From assembly GCA_964585885.1 (NCBI GenBank), contig CAZPFQ010000001.1, positions 67,220-131,219 of the forward strand: a DNA stretch of 64,000 nucleotides. The letters are read 5' to 3'. The notes beneath the pieces are model-generated. The model did not search any database. It was not told the origin of the DNA and saw only the letters and a program-made list of their open reading frames with translations. This DNA is from an uncultured Candidatus Saccharibacteria bacterium (GTDB taxonomy: Bacteria > Patescibacteriota > Saccharimonadia > Saccharimonadales > UBA10212). The position numbers and the translations under genes are program-made. Of the stretch, positions 9,649 through 19,085 are shown one piece after another; positions within the stretch are counted from its first letter, which is position 1; every line of letters begins with the position of its first letter.

Positions 9649-10887
9649 ATGAAAATAGCCCTGGTCTGCCCTTATAATATGTTTGAGCGAACGGGCGGAG
9701 TCCAACAGCTGGTGACACATCTCCACGACGGTCTTGTCCAAAAAGGCCATATCGTAAAGGTTATCACTCAAAAGCCATCTGGTTTCAGCGGCAAGATTCC
9801 CGACGACTACATCTTGTTCGGCGTTTCCAGAAACTTTAATGGTGGCCTTGGTGTATCGGGAAACTGGGGAATGCCGAGCGATGGTGATGAGATTGGCTCG
9901 ATTTTACGCAAAGAAAAATTCGATGTAATAAACTTCCACGAACCCTGGATGCCAATATTAGCCTGGCAAATGCTAAAACACTCAAAAGCTGCCCACGTTG
10001 GAACTTTTCACGCCAACCTAATAGATAGTACCGCCGCTAAATCATGGGTTAATGTGTTCTTACGTTATGGCAGAGGAATCGGCCAAAAAATGCACGTACT
10101 AACTGCCGTATCTCCGGCTCCAGCAGCCCTTCTGCTAAATAAAGCCAACACGGTTGCAGAGAAGAAGCTAATATCTAACATCAAATACATTCCAAACGGT
10201 ATAGACCTAAAACATTATAAGCCGCCAAAAAAGCGCTTACCCCTGAATGGCCCGGATACAAAAACTATTGTTTATGTCGGCCGGCTAGACCAGCGGAAAG
10301 GCGTTGACATGCTCATAAAAGCCTTCGGCATAATTCAAAAACAACTGCCAAATACATACTTGATAATCGCCGGTGAGGGGCCAAAACGCACGAAGCTTGA
10401 ACAACAAGCAAAGTATCTTAAGATCAACAACATACACTTTACCGGTTATGTTGACGAAGTTGAAAAACGACGGTTGATGGGGAACGGTGATGTCTTTTGC
10501 GCGCCTGCTACATACGGCGAGAGCTTCGGCATCGTTTTGGTAGAGGCTATGGCAATGGGCACTCCAGTTGTTGCCGGCAGAAACGCCGGGTACATAAATG
10601 TTTTATCTGGCCACGGCAGTATTGGGCTAGTCGACCCTAAAGCCACTGAGGATTTTGCCAATCGCATAATGATATTCATGTCCGATGATAAACTCGCCGG
10701 TATGCTGAGATCGTGGGGTTTACGAGAGGTTAAGAAATACGACTACCCAATAATTATTAATCAGTATCTAGCAGCTTATCGTGAGGCACTTGTTGCTGTA
10801 ACTGATGAGCGTAATGGCAAGGCAAAAGATGAGCCAAAGCAAAAAAAGCTTTTCCGTCGGATTCTTGTACGACGACAGCCTCGATAG
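9649..10887 (+). CDS. GT4 (GT-B) glycosyltransferase, PimA-like N-terminus
   Basis: MKIALVCPYNMFERTGGVQQ start and E-x7-E block ESFGIVLVEAMAMGTPVV. Confidence 0.85.
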   Translation: MKIALVCPYNMFERTGGVQQLVTHLHDGLVQKGHIVKVITQKPSGFSGKIPDDYILFGVSRNFNGGLGVSGNWGMPSDGDEIGSILRKEKFDVINFHEPWMPILAWQMLKHSKAAHVGTFHANLIDSTAAKSWVNVFLRYGRGIGQKMHVLTAVSPAPAALLLNKANTVAEKKLISNIKYIPNGIDLKHYKPPKKRLPLNGPDTKTIVYVGRLDQRKGVDMLIKAFGIIQKQLPNTYLIIAGEGPKRTKLEQQAKYLKINNIHFTGYVDEVEKRRLMGNGDVFCAPATYGESFGIVLVEAMAMGTPVVAGRNAGYINVLSGHGSIGLVDPKATEDFANRIMIFMSDDKLAGMLRSWGLREVKKYDYPIIINQYLAAYREALVAVTDERNGKAKDEPKQKKLFRRILVRRQPR

Positions 10888-11989
10888 CCACGACGGCGTA
10901 TCGCAATATGTAAAAACTTTAGGTGAGTGGCTGAGCACTAGAGGCCACCGCGTGACCTATCTGGTTGGAGATACAAAACTTAAAAGCTGGCACGGAGGAG
11001 AAGTTGTGAGCATGGCTCACAATATTGGGGTTTCTTTCAACCAGAACCGGCTCAGCGTACCGTTGCCAACAACTAAAAGGAATCTAAAAAGCAAGCTAGC
11101 CGGACGGATATTCGACTTAGTTCACGTCCAAGTCCCCTACTCACCTTTTATGTCGATGCGGGTGATAAATATGCTGCCCAAAGAAACTGCAATAGTAGGC
11201 ACATTCCATATATATCCCGCCGGACAGGCTGCCAACCTTGGCTCTAAGGTTCTGGGTACAATATCACGCAAAAATCTCCACAAATTTTCACAAGTAGTCG
11301 CGGTAAGCCAGCCCGCTGCTGATTTTGCACGCAAATCATATGACATTGATTGTCAAATCGTGCCTAACGCAGTAGATGTAACAAGGTATAATCACTCAAT
11401 TCATAAACCCAGTAGAGAGCCCAAGTACCACATAGTATTCATTGGCCGATTGGTTGAACGTAAGGGCTGCCTCTTACTATTAAAAGCCTTTGGGAAGCTA
11501 AGGCATAACCTGCCGGATTCTCGTTTAACTATTGCCGGCGATGGGCCGCAGATGGGACGATTAACATCATTCGTTAGAGACAACAATCTGGAAAGCTCGG
11601 TTGAATTTAAGGGCTATGTTAGCGAAAAACAAAAAGCCGAACTCCTCTCAAACGCCGACATTGCCTGTTTTCCATCTTTGTCGGGAGAAAGTTTCGGTAT
11701 CGTGTTAATTGAAGCTATGGCTGCTGGAACGGCTGTTGTCTTGGGCGGTGATAATCCAGGATACCGCAGTGTTCTAGGAGGGTTTCCAAAACTGCTAATC
11801 GATTCAACCGACACCGCAAATTTTGCTAATCGATTATCCGAGCTACTGCAAAACGAAGACTTAAAACAAAGTGCACTTTCATGGCAACAAGCACAGCTGT
11901 CCAAGTATGATATTCGGCTTGTCGGACCGAAGATAGAGGCGATCTACACACACGCAATTGCCAACGCAATCAAAAAAGACCATAATTGA
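10805..11989 (+). CDS. GT4 (GT-B) glycosyltransferase
   Basis: ESFGIVLIEAMAAGTAVV block. Start ambiguous (ATG 10805, 10814 or 10829); every option overlaps the upstream GT4 by 59-83 nt. Confidence 0.8.
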   Translation: MSVMARQKMSQSKKSFSVGFLYDDSLDSHDGVSQYVKTLGEWLSTRGHRVTYLVGDTKLKSWHGGEVVSMAHNIGVSFNQNRLSVPLPTTKRNLKSKLAGRIFDLVHVQVPYSPFMSMRVINMLPKETAIVGTFHIYPAGQAANLGSKVLGTISRKNLHKFSQVVAVSQPAADFARKSYDIDCQIVPNAVDVTRYNHSIHKPSREPKYHIVFIGRLVERKGCLLLLKAFGKLRHNLPDSRLTIAGDGPQMGRLTSFVRDNNLESSVEFKGYVSEKQKAELLSNADIACFPSLSGESFGIVLIEAMAAGTAVVLGGDNPGYRSVLGGFPKLLIDSTDTANFANRLSELLQNEDLKQSALSWQQAQLSKYDIRLVGPKIEAIYTHAIANAIKKDHN

Positions 11990-11993
11990 GCTT

Positions 11994-13070
11994 ATGCCGC
12001 CTTCCAGAAAACTGACGGTAAACATCACAAACAAAACTATCCTAAGAACCATCCTGTGGATTTTTGGCGCTATTGCGGCGTACCGTTTTGTTGGCCAGAT
12101 TGCTCACACCCTGACTCTTATATTTTTATCTTTTTTCCTGGCCTTAGCTCTCAATCCGGTAGTCGGTTGGATGAGCCGCAAGCTGAGCATTAAAAGTCGC
12201 GTTGGCGCAACGGCAGCGGCTTATATCATGGTCATTGCTATCCTAATAGCCTTTTTTGCTCTAATTACTCCGCCATTGGTGCGGCAGACGCGCGATTTTA
12301 TTCGTGATGTCCCAGACATAGTCCACAACTTCCAGGCCCAGGATTCAGGCCTATCCAGAGCGGCAAAACATTACAATCTTGATCAAAAACTGTCAAAGGG
12401 TGCTAAAGATTTCGCGGCACACTACAGCAATTTCGGTAGTACTCTACTTGATACGGGAAAAAGGGTAGTTGAAACTATTGTCTCAATACTAGTAGTACTA
12501 GTGCTGACTTTCATGATGCTCGTCGAAGGTCCTAGATGGATAGAACTATTTTGGAAGAACGTCTCGGAGAAAAATCGCGAAAGATATCAGCACCTTACCA
12601 AGCGTATGTATCGGGGCGTTACGGGATTCGTGAACGGCCAGGTGATACTGGCTGCCGTTGCCGGCACATTTGCCCTGATTGCCCTGGAGATAGCGTCGCA
12701 AATACTAAACGTGTCTATTAACGCCATAGCACTCGCGGGCATTGTGGCGGTCTTTGGAATTATCCCGCTATTTGGCAACCTGGTATCATCGACGATTGTC
12801 GTGCTGGTTTGTTTGCTCAATTCAGTAGCACTTGGCGTCGTCATGGGAACATATTTTATCATCTACTTTTTTGTTGAAAACCACACCTTCCAGCCGTACT
12901 TACAGTCTCGGTTGAATTCGCTAACTCCGCTACTTGTGCTAGTAGCCGCGTTAATCGGTGTAGGTTTTGCCGGCTTTCTCGGAGCGATTGTTGCTATACC
13001 GGCCGCTACTACCATAAAGATTTTGCTAGAAGACCACTTTGTTCATAAACGAAAATTGGCCAAACCTTAA
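11994..13070 (+). CDS. AI-2E family (PerM-like) transporter, second copy
   Basis: Polytopic ORF with FVENHTFQPYLQSRL...GFLGAIVAIPAA block. ATG 11994 preferred over the track start 11958, which overlaps the GT4. Confidence 0.8.
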   Translation: MPPSRKLTVNITNKTILRTILWIFGAIAAYRFVGQIAHTLTLIFLSFFLALALNPVVGWMSRKLSIKSRVGATAAAYIMVIAILIAFFALITPPLVRQTRDFIRDVPDIVHNFQAQDSGLSRAAKHYNLDQKLSKGAKDFAAHYSNFGSTLLDTGKRVVETIVSILVVLVLTFMMLVEGPRWIELFWKNVSEKNRERYQHLTKRMYRGVTGFVNGQVILAAVAGTFALIALEIASQILNVSINAIALAGIVAVFGIIPLFGNLVSSTIVVLVCLLNSVALGVVMGTYFIIYFFVENHTFQPYLQSRLNSLTPLLVLVAALIGVGFAGFLGAIVAIPAATTIKILLEDHFVHKRKLAKP

Positions 13071-13077
13071 GATATTC

Positions 13078-14472
13078 TCAGCCGGGTCTGGTCCAAATCG
13101 GACCCGCTTCGGTGTCGTTAATTTCGACACCGGCGGTTTTTAGCTGATGTCTGATTTCATCGGCTTTGCCCCAGTTTTTGGCGCTCCGAGCCTCCTCTCT
13201 TTGTACGATTAGCCTTTTTTCATGAGTGCCCAGGTCTTTCCTTGGTAGCAAATTAAAGCCAAAGAGCTTGTCTAGGGTTTCCAGGAATTCTTCGAATTGC
13301 TTAACATTTATCGACTGGCTCGCAATTACTTCATCGATCGACTGGCTTAGAATGCTCAATGCCAGCGGAGTATTCATGTCATTCTCCAAAGCATCAACTA
13401 CTTGGTCTGTTGCTCCAGATAAATGCTTACTAGCCTGAGATTTAGGCTTGAGTTGCCATCGTAAATCGGCCAAAGTGCGCAAATGATTTAACCTTGAACG
13501 GGCTGCTTCCATTCCCTCCCAAGTAAAGTTGGCTTCGCTGCGATAGTGGCTCTGCAAGACAAACATTTTGAAATCAAGGAGAGAGTAACCCCTAGACGTA
13601 ATTTCATCAACACTAATGCTATTACCGAGCGATTTACTGATCTTGGCCCCATCCACGAGTAGAAAGTTGTTGTGAAGCCAATAGTTCGCAAATTTCTTAC
13701 CTGTAGCCGCCTCAGACTGGGCTATTTCATTAGTGTGGTGTACCGGTATGTGATCGATGCCTCCGGTGTGAATGTCAATCGTAGAACCAAGGTATTCGAT
13801 GGCCATAGCGCTACACTCGATGTGCCAACCGGGGAACCCTTTTCCCCACGGGGAATCCCACTCCATATCTCTTTTCTCGGAGTCTGAGCTAAACTTCCAC
13901 AGAGCAAAATCTTGGGGTTGGCGTTTTTCTGGGTTTTTCTTGATTCGGCCATGTTCTGTGCTGTCGCCGAGGTCTAATTTGGCAAATTCGCCGTATTTTG
14001 GAAACTTTGAAACATCAAAATAGATACCGTCGCTAATCCGGTAGGTATAGCCCTTCTTCTCAAGAGTCGATATTAGCTCAATCTGTTGCTTGATATGATC
14101 AGTGGCTTTAGCATAAATATCCGGAGTCAGCAGGTTAAGCTCCTGCATCCCTTCCTTGAAGTCAACTTGGTATTTTTCGGCTACTTCCCAAGCACTCTTG
14201 CCTTCACGCTTCGCCCCTTTCTGTAGCTTATCTTCGCCCTCATCGGCATCGCTAGTCAGATGGCCCACATCAGTTATATTGAGTACTCTCTTAGGCTTGA
14301 ACCCTGCGTTTAGAAGAATCCTTATAAGAGTGTCCCATCTGATATAGCTGACCCAGTTACCGATGTGCAAGCGGTCATAGACTGTCGGGCCGCAGGTGTA
14401 AATTGTGACCACGTCCTCCTCAATCGGGTCGAAATTCTCGATTGAGCGCGTGAGAGTGTTATAGAGCTTCAT
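13078..14472 (-). CDS. cysS: cysteine--tRNA ligase
   Basis: HIGN and KISKS class I motifs; zinc-site residues retained (TCGPTVYD, WHIECS, HHTNE). Confidence 0.95.
   Translation of the reverse strand: MKLYNTLTRSIENFDPIEEDVVTIYTCGPTVYDRLHIGNWVSYIRWDTLIRILLNAGFKPKRVLNITDVGHLTSDADEGEDKLQKGAKREGKSAWEVAEKYQVDFKEGMQELNLLTPDIYAKATDHIKQQIELISTLEKKGYTYRISDGIYFDVSKFPKYGEFAKLDLGDSTEHGRIKKNPEKRQPQDFALWKFSSDSEKRDMEWDSPWGKGFPGWHIECSAMAIEYLGSTIDIHTGGIDHIPVHHTNEIAQSEAATGKKFANYWLHNNFLLVDGAKISKSLGNSISVDEITSRGYSLLDFKMFVLQSHYRSEANFTWEGMEAARSRLNHLRTLADLRWQLKPKSQASKHLSGATDQVVDALENDMNTPLALSILSQSIDEVIASQSINVKQFEEFLETLDKLFGFNLLPRKDLGTHEKRLIVQREEARSAKNWGKADEIRHQLKTAGVEINDTEAGPIWTRPG
13104..13141 (+). terminator. intrinsic terminator of the plus-strand operon, embedded in the 3' end of convergent cysS
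   Basis: CCGC-tt-CGGTGTCG ttaattt CGACACCGGCGG followed by TTTTT (12 bp stem with a 2-nt bulge). Confidence 0.5.
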
Positions 14473-15481
14473 TAGAACGCTTGGATTCTATTTTAGTTAG
14501 CATTTCCGAAGCGAGTTTTATTGTAGCGCTTTTTACGTCTTCGTAACTGCGTCCGTCAGTAATCTTGAAGCCGCTTGCATAAGGATGCCCTCCGCCTCCA
14601 AAATGCTCGGCCAAATCACCGGCTATTCCCCAGCCGTAGTTAGCCCGGATTTTGGCTGTAGTCTTGCCATCTCGGTAAGTTTTAAAAGCAATTGCTACTG
14701 CTGTATTTTTTGCTAAGCGCATATCGTCTAAGACAAGCATTGGGGGGTTGTATAGTGGGCTGTAGCGTTCAATTTCTGCGTGCGGAATGTGAACAACTGC
14801 GACGCGGTCGTCATCGTAGAACTCGACTCTTTTTAAAAGCTCTCCTTTATAATGGACTAATTCTGGCTCACGGCGTATAGACTCTCTTCGGGCGTTTTCA
14901 AGCTCAGGCAAGTTCACCCCCTGTTCTACCAGTTCAGCAATAATGCCTATTGAGCGAGCAGTTGTCGCTTCGCTCATCAAACCGAGACTATCGCTTAAAA
15001 TCGCCATAGCTATAAGCGGCTTTGCCGGGCTGCCAATTTCCCAGCCCAAGCTATTGGCAAGATCATAAATCGCTTCTCCAGTAGCAACAGCCTTGGGTGT
15101 GTACATGACATCAGCATAATTGATATTGGCTCTTGTGGAGTGATGGTCAATTACAATTGTTGGCCTAGATGCTAGCCAACCTCTAGCGCCGCTTTTATCG
15201 AGCTGCTCCAAAAGAGTATCGCTGTTGGTATCTACAATTATCGACGCGTCAAAGTGATTTGGCATTTCGTTCTGAATCCTTGCCCACCCGGGTAGATAAT
15301 GGAGATATGAGGGTATGTCGACGCCGCAGTAGAGAATCACCTCCTTTCCTCTATCTCCCAGTATTGACTCCAAAGCCAGCGCGCTGGCCAAACTGTCGAT
15401 ATCTGGATTATCAGCCTGAACGACGACTATCTTCTTTGATTCGTCGACAATTTTACCAATTTGTTCGGTCTCAGTTTTCAT
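14459..15481 (-). CDS. DHH/DHHA1 phosphoesterase (NrnA-like), copy 1
   Basis: DNPDIDSLAS, VIDHH and GGGGHPYASG motifs. Confidence 0.85.
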   Translation of the reverse strand: MKTETEQIGKIVDESKKIVVVQADNPDIDSLASALALESILGDRGKEVILYCGVDIPSYLHYLPGWARIQNEMPNHFDASIIVDTNSDTLLEQLDKSGARGWLASRPTIVIDHHSTRANINYADVMYTPKAVATGEAIYDLANSLGWEIGSPAKPLIAMAILSDSLGLMSEATTARSIGIIAELVEQGVNLPELENARRESIRREPELVHYKGELLKRVEFYDDDRVAVVHIPHAEIERYSPLYNPPMLVLDDMRLAKNTAVAIAFKTYRDGKTTAKIRANYGWGIAGDLAEHFGGGGHPYASGFKITDGRSYEDVKSATIKLASEMLTKIESKRSNEAL

Positions 15482-15495
15482 ATTAAAAGTATAAA

Positions 15496-16110
15496 CTATA
15501 TCTTCTGGCGGCCCTCGAGGGCTCGGGTCAATGTAATCTGGTCGGCATACTCTAAGTCAACACCTACCGGCAAGCCGCGGGCGAGACGCGTAATCCTGAC
15601 CTTATTGCCAGCTTTTTCAATTTGCTCAGTAACGAAAAGCGCTGTTGTCTCTCCTTCAACGCTGGCATTTGTCGCGAGGATAACTTCTTCGACCTTGTCG
15701 GCCTTAATTCGTTTAATTAGCTCGATGATGTGGAGTTGGTCTGTACCTATACCATCAATCGGTGAAACTAACCCGCCCAGTACATGATATGTGCCACTAT
15801 AACTGCCGGTATTTTCTAATGCTACGATGTCGAATGGGTCAGCTACCACTGCAACTTGGCGTTTATTGCGGCGCGGATCGGTATATAGGGGACTAAGTTT
15901 TTCACTACTTTCAATCAATGCAAAAGTTTTAGGGCAATAACTTATAGAATCGTGCAGAGACTCTAGCGCAGATGAGAGCGACTTGGACTTAGAACTGTTA
16001 GCTTTCAGTAAATAATATGAGTAGCGCTCGGCGCTGCGCGGACCTACACCCGGCAAATTTCTAAATGCTTCAATGACCGCCTGTAGGGGTTTCGGAATAA
16101 CGGAGCTCAC
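15496..16110 (-). CDS. recR: recombination protein RecR (zinc-finger cysteines missing)
   Basis: HhH LPGVGPRSAERY, Toprim and C-terminal TRLARGLPVG blocks. Confidence 0.9.
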   Translation of the reverse strand: MSSVIPKPLQAVIEAFRNLPGVGPRSAERYSYYLLKANSSKSKSLSSALESLHDSISYCPKTFALIESSEKLSPLYTDPRRNKRQVAVVADPFDIVALENTGSYSGTYHVLGGLVSPIDGIGTDQLHIIELIKRIKADKVEEVILATNASVEGETTALFVTEQIEKAGNKVRITRLARGLPVGVDLEYADQITLTRALEGRQKI

Positions 16111-16119
16111 AGCCTTGAG

Positions 16120-16413
16120 CTACATTCCTAAGCTGCCAAGCGCGCCCATCATCGGCTGCATCTTCTCGGCGGCCAACTTCTGGCTCTGGGAGATGGCTTC
16201 TTTGATTGCTTCTTCAAGCCACTGTTCAAGTTCTCCTATGTCGTCTAGGTCTACCATCTCAGGATCGACAGAAACTTTTTTTATCTTTTGCTCGCCATTG
16301 ATTTCTATTTTAACGGCGCCATCGCCGGACTCTACAGTAATAATCTCTTTTTGTAGCTCTTTTTGTAGCTTTCTGGCCTTCATCAATAGTTTGGCCTGGT
16401 CAAACTTACTCAC
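16120..16413 (-). CDS. ybaB: YbaB/EbfC nucleoid-associated protein
   Basis: 97 aa, GTG start, typical YbaB pattern, adjacent to recR. Confidence 0.85.
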   Translation of the reverse strand: MSKFDQAKLLMKARKLQKELQKEIITVESGDGAVKIEINGEQKIKKVSVDPEMVDLDDIGELEQWLEEAIKEAISQSQKLAAEKMQPMMGALGSLGM

Positions 16414-16469
16414 AAAAACTCCTTACATCTGTTAAAAGGTAGCGTTTGCTCTTCTTAAGATGCTAGCCG

Positions 16470-17669
16470 CTACTCCTTAGGATATTTTAGCACGTAAAGA
16501 GATTTAGTTTGTTTGGTGTTTGGCCAGGCAACTAGACTATATCTAACTGAGTAGGCCAGTTGGGCAATCACTACCAGGGCAATTAAGACTAATGCGAGAG
16601 TTGAAGCAAAAGGATTATGGGGGAACACACGCCGCCATTCTAGATACAAATAGCGTAGTCCTGCCGCCATCATTACAAAAAGAGACATAAGCCCATAACT
16701 GAGAAAGTATGGGTCGCCATTTATGCCGGCTACCAAAACCGAGAACAAGGTTGCCCCGAAAAGCCACAGCAGTAATTTGCGGGCCTTTGTGCTCAAGGCA
16801 TATATACCGAAAACTATAAAAGTTGTCTGTAGAATACTCATCATCGGCAGTCGGCCAACAATTATATCGATGTGATTTCGCATCAGTATAACTAATGATG
16901 ATGCGCTCCAAAGCACAGATGCGGCTAGTTCTGTTGGTGAGCGCCAGACATCAGGAATTCCCGCTATATCTGCTGCCAGCGACGGTGCCTTTACGATTGC
17001 CGATACCATCGGGAGTAAAAACGCAATTCCCAGAACACACCCAACCCCTATAGATAGCCTAGAAGTTCGGCTAAGTCCTTCCGAGAGCCAATGCCTCCCA
17101 AACAATAAAGCAATCAGTAAAAGCCACGGCATAGCCGGAGTATACAGCGCGGCAGCTGTGGCTACGCAGATCAATATCCACCACCAACCTGTCTGAGCTT
17201 GGCTTCGTTTGAAGGCTAAGAGCAGTGCAGTTAGAATCACCGGCCACAAATACATCACATCGGGGGAGGCGTTTCTACCCAGCAGAACCGCCCACGGTGT
17301 AGCAACAACCAGTATTCCAGCAAAAAAAGCCGCTGTTTTACCAAACCAGACTCTCAAAATGTAAAAGATGCTTATAGCTACTGCCAATGCAATCGATGCA
17401 GAAGCTAGCCTGCCCGCAGCAGTTTGCCCGGGGATAAGCGAAATAAAGGCATGCTGAAGTGAAAAGTATGGAATGTTAACGCCACCGTCTAAAAGCGAGG
17501 GCAGATTTATAGAGTGCTTTATTGAAGAATACTCACGGGGTGATAAGCCAGACGTCAATGAACCAAGCCGCCAAAGATATAAGACAGAGAAAAATACAGC
17601 TAATCCTCCGAAAACAGCCAGTGATTTGTAGCTCCACCCGCGCGGCATGGCCCGCACTTTACTATGCAT
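16470..17669 (-). CDS. polytopic membrane protein, possibly GT-C (ArnT/PMT-like) glycosyltransferase
   Basis: 399 aa with more than 9 TM helices; only general resemblance to GT-C enzymes, no firm motif. Confidence 0.5.
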   Translation of the reverse strand: MHSKVRAMPRGWSYKSLAVFGGLAVFFSVLYLWRLGSLTSGLSPREYSSIKHSINLPSLLDGGVNIPYFSLQHAFISLIPGQTAAGRLASASIALAVAISIFYILRVWFGKTAAFFAGILVVATPWAVLLGRNASPDVMYLWPVILTALLLAFKRSQAQTGWWWILICVATAAALYTPAMPWLLLIALLFGRHWLSEGLSRTSRLSIGVGCVLGIAFLLPMVSAIVKAPSLAADIAGIPDVWRSPTELAASVLWSASSLVILMRNHIDIIVGRLPMMSILQTTFIVFGIYALSTKARKLLLWLFGATLFSVLVAGINGDPYFLSYGLMSLFVMMAAGLRYLYLEWRRVFPHNPFASTLALVLIALVVIAQLAYSVRYSLVAWPNTKQTKSLYVLKYPKE

Positions 17670-17715
17670 ATGCTAAATTATAGACTCTAGGGTACATATT
17701 TCCGAAGATAACGGC

Positions 17716-19080
17716 CTAAGTGAAAGGCTGATCGTGCTTAGTGTCTAGGTCTCTAAACCGCTGTTTTTCTCTGTCAAAGTATAGTTCAAAATTCCCGGTT
17801 GGTCCGTTGCGGTGCTTTTTAATATATATGTCAGTTACATTCTGGCGGTCAGTTTCAGGGTTATAGTATTCTTCCCGGTAAAGGAACATAACGATGTCGG
17901 CATCTTGTTCAATTGAGCCGGACTCGCGTAGGTCAGCAAGTTGCGGGATCTGTGGCGAGCGATTCTCTACTGAACGGCTTAGCTGAGACGCCGCCACAAC
18001 CGGTACATTAAGCTCGCGAGCTAAGATTTTTAGGCTGCGGCTAATTTCTGAAATTTCTTGAACTCGGTTTGCAGTGGACGCAAAGCGAGAGCCGCCGCTC
18101 ATCAACTGAAGATAATCAACCATTATAGCTGCCAGAGGGTGTTGGTGATGCATTCGCCTGGCTTTTGTTCTGAGATCCGAAACGGTTATTCCCGAAGTGT
18201 CGTCTATATAGATTGGTGCTTCAGCCAGCGACCCCATGGCGGTACTTATGCGCTCAAAATCTCCATCGTCCAGCCCTTCACCGGTTCTGAGCTTCCAGGC
18301 GTCGACATTGGCTTCGGCGGCCAGCAATCGATCAACTAGCTGCTCCTTACTCATCTCAAGGCTAAAATACAATACCGCTCCCTGATCAGTTTTAGTAGCG
18401 ATATCAAGCGACATATTGAGCATTAACGCCGTTTTGCCCATTGACGGCCGGCCGGCGATAACAACTAAATCAGAGCGCTGGAGGCCAGCTATGCGTTTGT
18501 CTAGATCCCTCATACCGGTTGGGATACCACGAATACCGCCTTTATTGCGATGGAGGTCGTCTAATCTGTCGAAACTCTCGCCCAATATAGATTCGAGTGA
18601 GGTGATATCTTGCCTGACCTGATGCTGGCTGACTTCAAATAGCCTTGTTTCAGCCTCTTCTATCAGTTCCGGTAGTGTTTTATCTTCTTCGCGTCCTATC
18701 GCCGCAATATCGGCTGATGCGTTTATCAATTTTCGGCGGATAGACTTATCGGCAACTATCTGAGCGTATTGCTCAAGGTGGGCAGCTGTTGGTACAAAAT
18801 TGGTCAGTTCAGTCAAGTAAGAGGCTCCGCCAATACTGTCGAGTTTGCCAGAGCTCTTTAGCTGTTCGCTTAAAGTGAGTATATCAATCGGGCTGCGCTT
18901 ATCGTGAAGGGTGCGCATTGCGGTAAAAATTATCTGGTGCTTTGCGTCATAAAAGTCATTAGCGGCTATGGCATCGGCAATCTTAATAAATGAACCGGAA
19001 TCAATTATTAGGCTGCCTAGAAGTGATGTTTCGGCGTCAATACTTTGCGGTGGAGATCCGGTTTTAGCATCCCTGTCCAT
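17716..19080 (-). CDS. dnaB: replicative DNA helicase
   Basis: DnaB N-domain (AETSLLGSLI) and Walker A GRPSMGKTA. Confidence 0.95.
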   Translation of the reverse strand: MDRDAKTGSPPQSIDAETSLLGSLIIDSGSFIKIADAIAANDFYDAKHQIIFTAMRTLHDKRSPIDILTLSEQLKSSGKLDSIGGASYLTELTNFVPTAAHLEQYAQIVADKSIRRKLINASADIAAIGREEDKTLPELIEEAETRLFEVSQHQVRQDITSLESILGESFDRLDDLHRNKGGIRGIPTGMRDLDKRIAGLQRSDLVVIAGRPSMGKTALMLNMSLDIATKTDQGAVLYFSLEMSKEQLVDRLLAAEANVDAWKLRTGEGLDDGDFERISTAMGSLAEAPIYIDDTSGITVSDLRTKARRMHHQHPLAAIMVDYLQLMSGGSRFASTANRVQEISEISRSLKILARELNVPVVAASQLSRSVENRSPQIPQLADLRESGSIEQDADIVMFLYREEYYNPETDRQNVTDIYIKKHRNGPTGNFELYFDREKQRFRDLDTKHDQPFT

Positions 19081-19085
19081 GGTTT

